Origin: Fibrobacterales bacterium
Lineage (GTDB): Bacteria; Fibrobacterota; Fibrobacteria; Fibrobacterales; JAOPTW01
NCBI GenBank assembly: GCA_051532055.1
Contig: JAOPTX010000010.1
Coordinates: forward strand, 1-64,000
Length of the DNA: 64,000 bases
Direction of reading: 5' to 3'
Below are positions 51,502 through 61,637 of the stretch, in pieces. The notes under the pieces were generated by a model, which was not told where the DNA came from, ran no database searches, and saw only the letters and a program-made list of their open reading frames with translations. Position 1 is the stretch's first letter. Every line of letters begins with the position of its first letter. Position numbers and translations under genes: made by a program.

Positions 51502-53133
51502 ATGGAACTCTTTCCCATGTTTGAAGAACACTTATCAGTTGAAATACGGGACGATGGTACCTATTTCACTCTTGAACGTGGATCCCAAGGTTTAATAAAA
51601 ATTGATGACTTTAGGCGTGAGTTACTGAATGCTAACATAATGAACTTTGATCTTAAGCGAATAAAAACAGTTCTTGAATCACCATCTACTGGCAAAAGTG
51701 AATTTATAGGTCCTCCATTTAAATTTTTTAATGAAGAAAAGCAAACCGTATTAGAAGTCAAGGTCAGCCCTATTGAAGTACAGCTTTATTTGTCATCAGA
51801 CGTTGAGAGCCGTTCATTTGATATCACTACACAAGACATAGAATATGTACTCACAAAGAAAAATATTAAGTTTGGCATTGACTGGGACCTCGTTGCAAAA
51901 ATGGTTAAGCGCGGTGAGAAGGATGCGTGGATCACTATTGCTCATGCGCTTCCGACAGAAGACGGTGATCATGGTTATGTTAAAGAAGAGATAGAGGTTG
52001 ATAAAGAAGCTAAACCTCTGATTATTGACGGGGGCCAAGCGGACTTTAGAAATGTGGGTGAGATAAAACAGGTTAAGAAAGGCGAACTTATTGCGGTACG
52101 TATTCCGCCGACTCCTGGTAAAGAAGGGAAGGATGTATTTGGTGAAATACTAGAGCCGACACCTGGCAAAGAGGCTGTGATGCTTGCCGGGGTCAATACC
52201 GTTTTGTCAGAGGATGGTAACGAGCTTAAAGCTAAAGACCCTGGCTATCTCTATCGGGACAAGGGGGCTATATGTGTAGGTCTCTTATACATTGTACAAG
52301 GTGATGTTGATTTTGAATCAGGGAATATTCAGTACGAAGGTGATGTACAGATAATGGGAAGTGTTCTCCCCGACTTTAAAGTAGTGGCTACTGGTGAAAT
52401 AATTGTTGAAGGGCAAGTAGACTCCGCATATCTCGAATCCTCTGGAGGGAGTATTACTATTAACCAAGGGGTTTTTGGCAAAGAGAAAGGAGAGATTAAA
52501 GCAAAAAAAGATGTGAGTCTCTACTTGATTCAAGATACTACGGTGAGGGCAGGCGGAAAGGTTTCGGTAAAAAAATCTATGACAAACTGCATTGTAACTG
52601 CCCGACAGTTTGATGCCACTGAAACTAATTGTCAAGTAAATGCCTCGACTTTAAAACTGGAAGAAACCTGTGAAATTTATCAGTGTGGGAGCAAACAAGA
52701 GACGGTTACAAAAATTATATTCGAAGATAAATCATCGGAGTCCCTTAAAAAGAGAATGGCAGATTGTGATACATTGAGTCAAAAAATGGATGAAATTTTA
52801 GAGACTAAAGAAAAAAGACTTCGATCATTACGATTAAAAATTAAGAAAAATAAAGATCAGAATGATGTGGATATACTTAAGAGTGGTATTGAAGAATACA
52901 CAATAATACTTAGAAAAAAAGAGCTATTGATGAGTGAAAGTGGTCGTTTAACTTCTGAGTTTATGTCAGCTAAAAATGTAAATGCACTCCTAACCTTTCA
53001 GGTTCTCTACCCCGAGCTTCAAGTAGAGTTAGGGGGACGATATAACGTGTTCAATAACGCACTTAAGAAGATTGAAATTAAAATTGATGGTGATAAAATT
53101 GTAACGGTTCCCCTTGTGGATAAGAAGAAATAA
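51502..53133 (+). CDS. FapA / DUF342 family protein (flagellar assembly protein A-like)
   Basis: IKFGID, DFR, VKKGELIA..IPPTPG..G.DVFG, GDVDF.SGNI..GDV.I.G.V..F.V.A.G. Confidence 0.9.
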   Translation: MELFPMFEEHLSVEIRDDGTYFTLERGSQGLIKIDDFRRELLNANIMNFDLKRIKTVLESPSTGKSEFIGPPFKFFNEEKQTVLEVKVSPIEVQLYLSSDVESRSFDITTQDIEYVLTKKNIKFGIDWDLVAKMVKRGEKDAWITIAHALPTEDGDHGYVKEEIEVDKEAKPLIIDGGQADFRNVGEIKQVKKGELIAVRIPPTPGKEGKDVFGEILEPTPGKEAVMLAGVNTVLSEDGNELKAKDPGYLYRDKGAICVGLLYIVQGDVDFESGNIQYEGDVQIMGSVLPDFKVVATGEIIVEGQVDSAYLESSGGSITINQGVFGKEKGEIKAKKDVSLYLIQDTTVRAGGKVSVKKSMTNCIVTARQFDATETNCQVNASTLKLEETCEIYQCGSKQETVTKIIFEDKSSESLKKRMADCDTLSQKMDEILETKEKRLRSLRLKIKKNKDQNDVDILKSGIEEYTIILRKKELLMSESGRLTSEFMSAKNVNALLTFQVLYPELQVELGGRYNVFNNALKKIEIKIDGDKIVTVPLVDKKK

Positions 53134-53134
53134 T

Positions 53135-53773
53135 ATGGATGTACTGGGCTATAGTAATAAAGAAAAGTATCACTGTTTTACTCCAGAAGAGCTTCGAGAA
53201 TCAATAATCGATGAGATCTATCTGTTTGTTGAAAAAAAGATGATGCAAGAACAGAAAGATGTAGTATTCGATCTTCAGCATATAGAATCAATTTTTAGCC
53301 AGCACCTCACGATGTTTCTAAAGTTATTCAAATTGCTCGACAGTTTCGATTTACAGTTTGTCTTAGTGGGAATGACACCGGCGGTGTTGAATGTTATTCA
53401 AATGACTCAACTCGATGGATACTTACGGCTTTGTATGAATTGCGAAGAGTACGAAGGACTTGCCCAGAATGATCGTAATAAGGGTGGTGTTTCGTTTAGT
53501 TGTCGGGTCAGCGAAAATAGTATTGGTGAACAGATAATGAATCTTGATGGATTTGTTTCACGAACTGAACAGTTTAATCACTGCCTTAAGAAGTTAAAGC
53601 CTGGTAAGGTCGTACTCGATTTTGAACATGTTGGTTTTATTGATGCAGAGTCACTCATTGCAATATCTGCCATGCGAAATGAGCATGATATTTATATAAA
53701 AAACCCAAGCAAGGCAATTATTGAGCTCTTAGAAGAGAAAGATATCCTTGATCATTTTCTTATTGAAGAGTAA
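53135..53773 (+). CDS. Tandem STAS-like (anti-sigma antagonist) protein
   Basis: VVFDLQHIESIFS..L, PAVLNVIQMTQLD; second VVLDFEHVGFIDA, IKNPS. Confidence 0.7.
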   Translation: MDVLGYSNKEKYHCFTPEELRESIIDEIYLFVEKKMMQEQKDVVFDLQHIESIFSQHLTMFLKLFKLLDSFDLQFVLVGMTPAVLNVIQMTQLDGYLRLCMNCEEYEGLAQNDRNKGGVSFSCRVSENSIGEQIMNLDGFVSRTEQFNHCLKKLKPGKVVLDFEHVGFIDAESLIAISAMRNEHDIYIKNPSKAIIELLEEKDILDHFLIEE

Positions 53774-53780
53774 GTTGTTT

Positions 53781-55310
53781 TTAAAATAGAATGGCCATAG
53801 TTACATTCTGCTTTTTATTAAATATTTCTGAGTTCTCATAACCATAGTCATAACTGTAGTCTATCTTAACTGTAAAGCGTCCTTGTTTATGCTGCAGTCC
53901 AAAACCAAGTCCCCATTTTCTAAACCCTTCCTGATCTAATATTTGAGTCATTCCTGAGCGAAGCCATAAAATACCCAGTATTTGTTTTTCAAGCCCCAAA
54001 GAGAGGTGATCTTTTTGGTCAGCATAGAGTCCTTTTTGGATACTCAACCCCAGATTGAGCGCATAATCACTTTCGAAATGCCCACCTAAAGTAAAGAGTG
54101 GAGGGAGGTCTTCACTATATTCAGAATCGGTCAGGGTATTTGTGTAGTAGATTGCACTATGAAGGTCTTTGAGTTGTGCGCCAAAGTGAAAATTATTAAG
54201 GAGACTCCATTGAATGCCCAAATCTATACCATACCCTAATCCACGTCCGGTGCTTTTCTCTATGCCTACACCATCATTGCCGGTGGTTACAAAGTAGCCT
54301 TTAAAGGTGATGCCTGCGCGTACGGCTGTTAAGTATTTTGAGTAGAGTGAGAGATCAGTAGCATAGGATGAGAGAAATTGAAATTCCTTAACAAGGTCAT
54401 CTCCTTCTACGGTGATTGCCTGACTATGAAAGAGGTTTCGGATGAGCATAGAAGAGTAGCTCATATAGAGCTGTGAAACATTGCCAGGGAGAGTTGCGTG
54501 TGAGAGTGTGACACTTGTATGGGTGAGGTGTACGAGTCCAGCAGGATTAATGAGAGGTGCAAATCCATCATTAACCATTGAGACCCCTATGGAACCCATC
54601 GCTTTGTAACGAGCACCTGAGGGGGCTGATGCATAAAAGCCACGCAGCCCTGATAGCCCTCGATTATTAGGGGTTAAGGGTGTGCTCAACTCTGTTGTAT
54701 TTTCATCCTTAGAATCAAAGAGGTGGTTGTCATAGAGTATATAACTTGCTACAGCGGTGAGTGATGCGAGAGCAACACCCCAACTCGTATAGCTGCTGTG
54801 TTTAGAGTCAAAATCACTCGGTTTGTTCTTGCCCGTGAGTGGAGTATGGAATCCGGTGAGCTCTTCTGCGACAGCTTTGCTGAGAGTTACAATATCCTCT
54901 TTGTGAAATGCTTTTATAGATTTTGACGCGGTAGCAATATTTTCTAATGAGTGTATGTCATAGAGACTGACCTCTAAGTAATATACGCCATCCTTTTTTG
55001 AAAAATAAGAACCGAGTGCTAGATCAATGGCGAGCTTTCTTCCTGTGAGGTAAAAGCAGAGACTTGACAGGCACTTTGTTGAACTTTCTTCGCCTAATAT
55101 TTTAAGTCTATTTTCTGTTTCATCTATCGAGAGCACTGAAAAGTAACCTGATTGCGCAAATGCCATATGAAGGGATTTATGCAAAATGTCAAGTTCCAGT
55201 AATGTCGTATTATGCTCTACGGGTGTGTAAATTGCAAGAGAGGGTGGTAACGATTTTGAAAAGGTCAGTACACCGCACAGAATAATTGATATAAGAATTG
55301 ATCGTATCAT
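53781..55310 (-). CDS. PorV/FadL-like beta-barrel protein with N-terminal extension
   Basis: SGARYKAMG...NPAGL hatch motif; GYGIDLG, LGLE...LWLRSG, GLGFGL..IDYSY; C-terminal F. Confidence 0.72.
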   Translation of the reverse strand: MIRSILISIILCGVLTFSKSLPPSLAIYTPVEHNTTLLELDILHKSLHMAFAQSGYFSVLSIDETENRLKILGEESSTKCLSSLCFYLTGRKLAIDLALGSYFSKKDGVYYLEVSLYDIHSLENIATASKSIKAFHKEDIVTLSKAVAEELTGFHTPLTGKNKPSDFDSKHSSYTSWGVALASLTAVASYILYDNHLFDSKDENTTELSTPLTPNNRGLSGLRGFYASAPSGARYKAMGSIGVSMVNDGFAPLINPAGLVHLTHTSVTLSHATLPGNVSQLYMSYSSMLIRNLFHSQAITVEGDDLVKEFQFLSSYATDLSLYSKYLTAVRAGITFKGYFVTTGNDGVGIEKSTGRGLGYGIDLGIQWSLLNNFHFGAQLKDLHSAIYYTNTLTDSEYSEDLPPLFTLGGHFESDYALNLGLSIQKGLYADQKDHLSLGLEKQILGILWLRSGMTQILDQEGFRKWGLGFGLQHKQGRFTVKIDYSYDYGYENSEIFNKKQNVTMAILF

Positions 55311-58300
55311 TTAAAAAGCACCACTGGTTTAAGAACATCCTGGATATGTGACTGGGAATTAAATGAGCAGGAGGTAAAACGAAGCAAATATCGTCCATTG
55401 CGGGCCATCCTTTTTGAGTCGGTGGTCCCATCCCAATAGATACTTTGTAAGTCGGTTGAAAAGAGTTCGTTTTGTATAAGGGTACGCACGACTTCGCCAT
55501 TCATATTGTAGAGAGTGAGCGTTACTTCAAGTTCAGAATAATCAGTATGAAATGGATAAAAATCGATACGTGTTCCTGGGTAACTATTACCGTCTTGTTC
55601 AGCGGTGACAGATGGTGAAAAGGGGTTAGGTGTTATGGTAAGCTCAGAGAGTGAAGGGTCACGTGAAGCATTTGCGAGTCCATAATGTCCTTTTCTATCT
55701 GTCTCAATAGTAAATGAAATAAGGGAGTCAGTGAATATACTATAGCCGAGTGAGGCCGGTATTTTTGTAGCCAGGGATGTCTGAGGAGTATTGTCTGGTT
55801 GGGTAAAAGGGGTCCATGTATTACTCGAGTCATCATAAAAGAGAGCGGGGTGGCTTGTGGCTCTATCTATTTCTGGGATAGAAAAGACCAGTGTTGGTAA
55901 GGCATAAGGCGTTTGCCCATAGGGGTAATCAAGAGCATAAAAATCACTGTAGAGTGTCGTTGTTGGTGATCGTAATGAGAGGTGTTGTTGGGCCCTTTTT
56001 TTCAGGTGAACCGTACCAGCTCTGTGTAAAAAGAGTGAGTCAGGAAGGGTCAAGGTTAGCAGGGAATCGTGGAAGAGGGTGTCGGCATTATTGAGAGGTG
56101 AGACAACCTGCCCAACTGAGAGAGTGAGAGTGTCAGATACTGAAGAAAGATTTGCGATGATTGAAAGTGGTCCGATAAAGTTGCTGTCTATATATATCTG
56201 CGAGCCTATTAGGGTAGCAGCCTGGTGAGGAAACAAGGTGATGGGGGGTGTTATATGCATAGGTGCAGTTGAAGAGGAATCATGGCCGAGATAGATGAGT
56301 GAGAGAGTATCACCTCCTAAGGTGGAGGTCAAATAGTGCGGAGGGAATAGTACAGTCAGTGAATCAATGGTACTTTCCATAAGGCTAATAATAAAGGTGT
56401 GGACTGTGCTTTTACTTCCAGAAGAGACTGTTGCTGTTACTCGAATATCGCCGGGGAGTCTACCAGTGTTGAATGATATTTGAGCAGGAGTGAGAGGGAC
56501 AAGGGTTTTAGTGGGGTCAGATATATTCCAGCTTATAGTATAAGGAGATTGTGGAGTATTGAGTAGTGGAGTAATGTCATGTCCACTACTGGTTGAAGCA
56601 GTGAGAGATAGGGTTAGGTTTTGTTGGGTTGCAGTAGTGAATACTTGCTTTGTGGACGAATTCACTAAAAGAGAATCCGTTGGAGCATTACTGAATTGAG
56701 TAATATATCGATGGCCCGGGTGAGTATTTGAGTAACAGGTTCCATTTACGTAGATTTTAAATGAGTAGGCCGATAGGGCAACTTGTCTGGGCATTCCAAA
56801 GAGTATTGATGTTTGCGCTGGTGTGACTACTTGCTGAATGATGGTGTCGGTAATGGTGCCAAGCGGGGTTTCGTAATAGACATATCCCGAATCAATGCTA
56901 TCGCTACTGGTTACGGTAAGAGTATAGGTTTCGGGGTAGGGAGAATTATACAGAGGAGCAGGGTTGTGTGCGACATTAAAAGGGAGTGATATGGTGTCCC
57001 CAGAGTTAACTGAGGTTATTACATGGCTAATCGGAAGTAAGGTGTCGTTTGGTACACTTGCTGAAAAATTATATATACCATCGGGGAGGTTATAGGTGCT
57101 GTCGGTACGGAGTATTCGTGAAAGAGGAAGGGTGAGGTCTATAGTGGCACTAAGAGGACTAGACGTACTCAGTTTTGATGTTGCAATAAAGGTGCTGACC
57201 TCTGAATGAGGGGTCAGTACTATTGATGGAGCAGAATAGAGATTACGAGGAGCAATAATGTTTTCGAGATCTGTCACAATAATAGGGATTGTTTGAGAAT
57301 AGCCTGGAGCATTTACAGATACTTGATAGACGCCCCGAGGAATATTGTAGGCATGGTAAACAAAAGCAGTATCATTCCGTGAGAGTCTTGTAGGGTAGGA
57401 TGTAAGGGTGGTGGTGTCGATGAGTGAAACGGTGCAGTGAGAAGCGAGAGGCATGGAGCTATCACTGAGAGTGAAAGAACCTACAATTGTTGCTTGTAAA
57501 TAAGGAGTAAGTGTGGTTTTTTCAACTTTGCGCGGGGCATCAAAAATAAGTGGTTCTGATAGGGCTGCTATGTCGTATTCTAAAACTCTTGTTCCTGCTA
57601 TAAAAGTATCGGGTATCGAAGCATTACCTCCGTAAGGGACTGAAATAGAAAAATAACCGTACTGATCTGTGGTAGTCCAGAGGGTGTCGATGGTAGGGTC
57701 GGGGGTTACAATCCAGACTTGTTGATCAGGGACTATTTGGTAGGTCGTTGAATCGCGGGTTATATCGCTACGGAGTCGAATGGTGCCAGAAATAGTATTA
57801 AAAATTGAAGAGAGCGTGTGGTCTATAAAAGTGGGGGCAAAGAGGTAATGGTCACTGCGGACGGTTGTAAATCCTTGTTTCGTGACTTGCACTGTATATC
57901 TCCCTGGAGGTAATTGTAACTGATAGATTCCTGATTGCCCTGTTTGAGTTTCGGTAATAAACTGGTGATGGTGAAAAATTGTTACGTGTGCATTCACTAA
58001 GGGGGTTCCCATTTGGTCTATTGCAGTTCCGGTCATGGAGTGAGTAGTCTGAGGCATGGTGATGTCTGCAAGGGTCGTTACAGAGTCACTTTGGATATTT
58101 ATTCGTTGGCTTATTATTTCATACTGTTTGGTTTTTGTTGAGGATAATGTGTATTCTCCTTCGGTAACTGTTGTATAGAACCGTCCGAGATTATCTGTAG
58201 ACATTGTGAGAGTATAGTCTGAGTTGAAGCGTTTGAGAGTCAGGTTAATTTGAGGAATAGGAAGGCCATTGCGATTGATCACCCTTCCGGTAAGTAATTG

Positions 58301-59614
58301 CGTGGTGGCAGTGAGTGTTACTTGAATGAGTTTCGTGGTTGTTCCAATTAAGGTTTCAGTGTTATATTTTTCAAATCCTGTTTTTTCAATAGTGATGCGA
58401 TAAGGGCCTTGTTCAAGCATTACCTCAACATATCCTGCCTGAGTAAGAGGTGCGAGATGCGAGCCGGTTTTAATGATTGTAGTTGGACGATTTTTTAGTG
58501 ATGAGAGGGTAATGGTTGCGTTGTCAATATACCGAGTTTGTCCGTTGTCATTGGCTTGTATCAAAAATTGTACAATGGAGGTGTGAGCGCCAAAGAGTGA
58601 GTCTGGAGGTATAGTAAAGAGGGCTGTATCAGCACCAATGATCGTTCCATTGCTGCTTAAGGTATTGAGGAGTAATTGGAAGGTACCTGCTGTTACTATA
58701 GAGTTGAGAGGTAGCGAGAGGTAATTTTCCGTTGTTGCACGAGTCAGTATTTTTTTACGAGTGTTAATCCCTTGTTCGATCTTTTCTTCAAGAAGTGTGA
58801 GTTGATATGAGTTATTGTTTGTAGAGTCGCTCTCCCATTGAATAGAGGTGAGTTCAAGAGGAAGTGTATCGAGCAGATTAATAAAATGAGCGATGAAGCT
58901 ACTATCATGTTGAGGAGGGGCGCTTTGAGTAAAGGTAATAAGGGATGCCTCATTGAAGTCTGTAAGGATGGGTGAGTGTACATCGTAATTGGGGACGAGT
59001 ATGAGAGTGTATTGTTGGGAGGGTAGGAGTGTTGGAAACTGCTCATTTTGAGGCGTAAAGGTAAAATGGTTATTGGTAGTGATCGTTTGCCATATTATAG
59101 AGGCGTTGTCAATAAAATAGGTGAGGTCATTGGAGTTGACAATTGGGGATGAAGAGAGAATGAGGTGAAATGCTGGAATGCCATCTCTTTCCCAAGTAAG
59201 TGTTGGGCTTGTAGAGAGGTCATAGGATGAAGGTGGATTAATCTTAATAGATTGTGGGGAGGGGTAGAGGGTAGGCATTTCCATAGAGTATTCACTTTCG
59301 AGTGCATTGGTTACCCGGACATAGTATGTACCAAAAGAGAGGTGATTAGGATAAGAGAATAGAATTGAGGTTGTTGAATCACTGTTGTTCTGTATCGTGA
59401 GGTCTGTTATGGGGATATGAAAATTGGTTATTGTAGGGTGGCTTATCGGTGATATAAATAGACGTATATCACTGGATGGCAAAGCGGGAATTGCAGAAAA
59501 TGAGAGTGTCGCTTGACGTGTGAGTCTATTGTACTCTGGTTGTTTGGTAATGGTAATTGCAGAGTAGAGTAGTGTGGGAAGTAATAAAAAAAGCAGTATT
59601 TTTTTAGAAAACAT
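55307..59614 (-). CDS. Large secreted protein with carboxypeptidase-regulatory-like repeats and FlgD-Ig / T9SS-like C-terminal domain
   Basis: Signal peptide; repeats G.V....G.P..A.V...TD..G.F...GxY.I...K.G[FY]; C-terminus TPNPFSP...LYNMNGEVVRTL..YWDG.....ARNGRY. Confidence 0.8.
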   Translation of the reverse strand: MFSKKILLFLLLPTLLYSAITITKQPEYNRLTRQATLSFSAIPALPSSDIRLFISPISHPTITNFHIPITDLTIQNNSDSTTSILFSYPNHLSFGTYYVRVTNALESEYSMEMPTLYPSPQSIKINPPSSYDLSTSPTLTWERDGIPAFHLILSSSPIVNSNDLTYFIDNASIIWQTITTNNHFTFTPQNEQFPTLLPSQQYTLILVPNYDVHSPILTDFNEASLITFTQSAPPQHDSSFIAHFINLLDTLPLELTSIQWESDSTNNNSYQLTLLEEKIEQGINTRKKILTRATTENYLSLPLNSIVTAGTFQLLLNTLSSNGTIIGADTALFTIPPDSLFGAHTSIVQFLIQANDNGQTRYIDNATITLSSLKNRPTTIIKTGSHLAPLTQAGYVEVMLEQGPYRITIEKTGFEKYNTETLIGTTTKLIQVTLTATTQLLTGRVINRNGLPIPQINLTLKRFNSDYTLTMSTDNLGRFYTTVTEGEYTLSSTKTKQYEIISQRINIQSDSVTTLADITMPQTTHSMTGTAIDQMGTPLVNAHVTIFHHHQFITETQTGQSGIYQLQLPPGRYTVQVTKQGFTTVRSDHYLFAPTFIDHTLSSIFNTISGTIRLRSDITRDSTTYQIVPDQQVWIVTPDPTIDTLWTTTDQYGYFSISVPYGGNASIPDTFIAGTRVLEYDIAALSEPLIFDAPRKVEKTTLTPYLQATIVGSFTLSDSSMPLASHCTVSLIDTTTLTSYPTRLSRNDTAFVYHAYNIPRGVYQVSVNAPGYSQTIPIIVTDLENIIAPRNLYSAPSIVLTPHSEVSTFIATSKLSTSSPLSATIDLTLPLSRILRTDSTYNLPDGIYNFSASVPNDTLLPISHVITSVNSGDTISLPFNVAHNPAPLYNSPYPETYTLTVTSSDSIDSGYVYYETPLGTITDTIIQQVVTPAQTSILFGMPRQVALSAYSFKIYVNGTCYSNTHPGHRYITQFSNAPTDSLLVNSSTKQVFTTATQQNLTLSLTASTSSGHDITPLLNTPQSPYTISWNISDPTKTLVPLTPAQISFNTGRLPGDIRVTATVSSGSKSTVHTFIISLMESTIDSLTVLFPPHYLTSTLGGDTLSLIYLGHDSSSTAPMHITPPITLFPHQAATLIGSQIYIDSNFIGPLSIIANLSSVSDTLTLSVGQVVSPLNNADTLFHDSLLTLTLPDSLFLHRAGTVHLKKRAQQHLSLRSPTTTLYSDFYALDYPYGQTPYALPTLVFSIPEIDRATSHPALFYDDSSNTWTPFTQPDNTPQTSLATKIPASLGYSIFTDSLISFTIETDRKGHYGLANASRDPSLSELTITPNPFSPSVTAEQDGNSYPGTRIDFYPFHTDYSELEVTLTLYNMNGEVVRTLIQNELFSTDLQSIYWDGTTDSKRMARNGRYLLRFTSCSFNSQSHIQDVLKPVVLFK

Positions 59615-61001
59615 AGCGGGCTCCTAGTTTGAGAGAGACCATTGGGGCAACATGGAGTTGTAGTTCAAATTGTACAGTGGATCCAACAAGAAGTCCTCCA
59701 TAGAGGATGGGGACAAAGACAGCAGTTGTGACTTTGTCGAGGGGGTTCCCATCTTTATAGTAGTTAAAAATTTTTGACTGAGAATCCGAAAGGTTATTCA
59801 TTATAAGAAAACCCGTAGCTCCATAGCCGTATGTGAATGCTGCCTGAATCATGGTAAGGTGGTCCATATACCCTTTGAAGGTGAGGTACTTCCGTATGTC
59901 AGCAGGGGTAGCTTTATCTAAGGAATCTCGTTGTGCTTCAAGTGCAAACGAACCAAACGTTTTGGTGTAAGACATAAACAGGGTGCTATCAAGGACTTCC
60001 ACTTCAATCGTGTAAAAGTTGGGAGTCGAAAAGCTTAAGGGCGAGGCGGTTTGATACATGATGGAGTGTGTGGTACCTTGTGATGCTTGTGCGAGCCCTT
60101 TGTCTGATAAAAGGGAATCAACCAGGGTATCAGCGAGATTGAGAGTCAATGCATCTATTAAGTAGGGCGTTGTATGATTGATTGATGCACTTCCTGAGAG
60201 GGTCATTTCGGTAGCAAACTTTGCTTCGAGGCGGAGGGGGCCATATTTTAGACTAATCTCGGGAGACCACCCTGTACCTGAATATGAGCCACTGAAGGAT
60301 CCTTGGTATTGACTCTCTGAGTAATTGAGGTTATAGGTCATAGAACTCAGAGGCGTTGTTCTCATGAGGGTGCCTTCAAGTGCACCGATGTAATTACCGT
60401 TGGCCTGTATTCCAAACCAATGTCTATTAAGGGTAAAGCCCATTTGAGTATACTTACTTGACTGTAATATATATCCTAAGCGTAAGGTGTTCCAGTATTG
60501 ATCGAGAGAGAAATCAGATGAGTGAAAAGCATGAAGGTTGATCGTTCCCTTTGATGCAATGGTGGTGTCAATAGTGAGAGAAGCATTACTCATAAATGAT
60601 TCGAGTTGCAGTGTCGTATTTTCTCCAAAATCGAGAAAGGCGAGCCCATCAAGAAAAGGAACTCCAATTGAGATGGTTGTTGAAAAGAGCTCTTCCTGAT
60701 CTGGTTGAGTATTTGAAAGGTAGGCTGTTTGATTGGTAAACTCAGAATATGACGAAGGGGCTGGGGTCTCATTACTCAAGGGAATGGTGATCAGGAGTCG
60801 GGCTTCTGCTTTTTTTAAATTGTGGTGATACTGTGCTAATGTGTATTGCAAATTCCATCGGGTAACATTTTTTTCGTTGTTGGTTGCAAAGGTGGGCATT
60901 TGGGAATAAGAGAAGGAAGTACACAGTATGATCACGATAACCATGATGATTAATTGGTTACCATTTGTTCTCATTAAAAATTTCACGCTACTCCGCATCA
61001 C
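59604..61001 (-). CDS. Hypothetical protein, probable outer-membrane beta-barrel
   Basis: Signal-like N-terminus; beta-strand pattern; ends LKLGARYVF; start uncertain. Confidence 0.6.
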   Translation of the reverse strand: MMRSSVKFLMRTNGNQLIIMVIVIILCTSFSYSQMPTFATNNEKNVTRWNLQYTLAQYHHNLKKAEARLLITIPLSNETPAPSSYSEFTNQTAYLSNTQPDQEELFSTTISIGVPFLDGLAFLDFGENTTLQLESFMSNASLTIDTTIASKGTINLHAFHSSDFSLDQYWNTLRLGYILQSSKYTQMGFTLNRHWFGIQANGNYIGALEGTLMRTTPLSSMTYNLNYSESQYQGSFSGSYSGTGWSPEISLKYGPLRLEAKFATEMTLSGSASINHTTPYLIDALTLNLADTLVDSLLSDKGLAQASQGTTHSIMYQTASPLSFSTPNFYTIEVEVLDSTLFMSYTKTFGSFALEAQRDSLDKATPADIRKYLTFKGYMDHLTMIQAAFTYGYGATGFLIMNNLSDSQSKIFNYYKDGNPLDKVTTAVFVPILYGGLLVGSTVQFELQLHVAPMVSLKLGARYVF

Positions 61002-61120
61002 ATATTCCGATACAAATAAAAATAGAAGAACTACTGTTCTTCTATCGGTAATAAATTTGAGTAACTTGATTATTTAGGGTGATTTAGAGCATTTTAAGGA
61101 AATTCAGCTCTTTTCGCCTG

Positions 61121-61447
61121 TTAGAGGCTTGAATGAATTCTCTCTTCTGTAGGGAGTTCAATAGTAGTGTTAATTTTTTCTTTTATGTCTGATGAAAACT
61201 TGAGCAGTGGTGCACGTGTTTTTTCGAGCTGTACGGGCTCTCCTGTTTTAGGATTTCGGGCTAATCGAGGTTTTCGATCCTTTGTATAGAATGTTCCAAA
61301 CCCTCGGAGTTCAATTTTTTTGTCCGCTTGGAGCTCTTTAGCGACAATTGTGAAAAATTCATCAACAACGCCCCTTATTTGAGTCTGGGTAAATCCAGTT
61401 GAACGTGCGATATCTAGTACAATGTCTCGTTTTGTTACGTTTGGCAA
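61121..61447 (-). CDS. HU/IHF-family DNA-binding protein
   Basis: VTKRDIV, IELRGFGTF, R.ARNPKTGE.V, KFS. Confidence 0.93.
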   Translation of the reverse strand: MPNVTKRDIVLDIARSTGFTQTQIRGVVDEFFTIVAKELQADKKIELRGFGTFYTKDRKPRLARNPKTGEPVQLEKTRAPLLKFSSDIKEKINTTIELPTEERIHSSL

Positions 61448-61637
61448 GTTTAGTACTCCTGGCTAAGTTACACCACTACATGTTGTGTACATTTTTAAAT
61501 ATATGTAACTTATTTCTAAAATCAAGGCATGGAGAATATTCTTTTTACAATTTCAATATATATTCATCTCAGCTGGCATGCCCTCTCTAAATTAATTATC
61601 TTTGGGCACTTACGGACAATCAGCCAACTCTATTATT

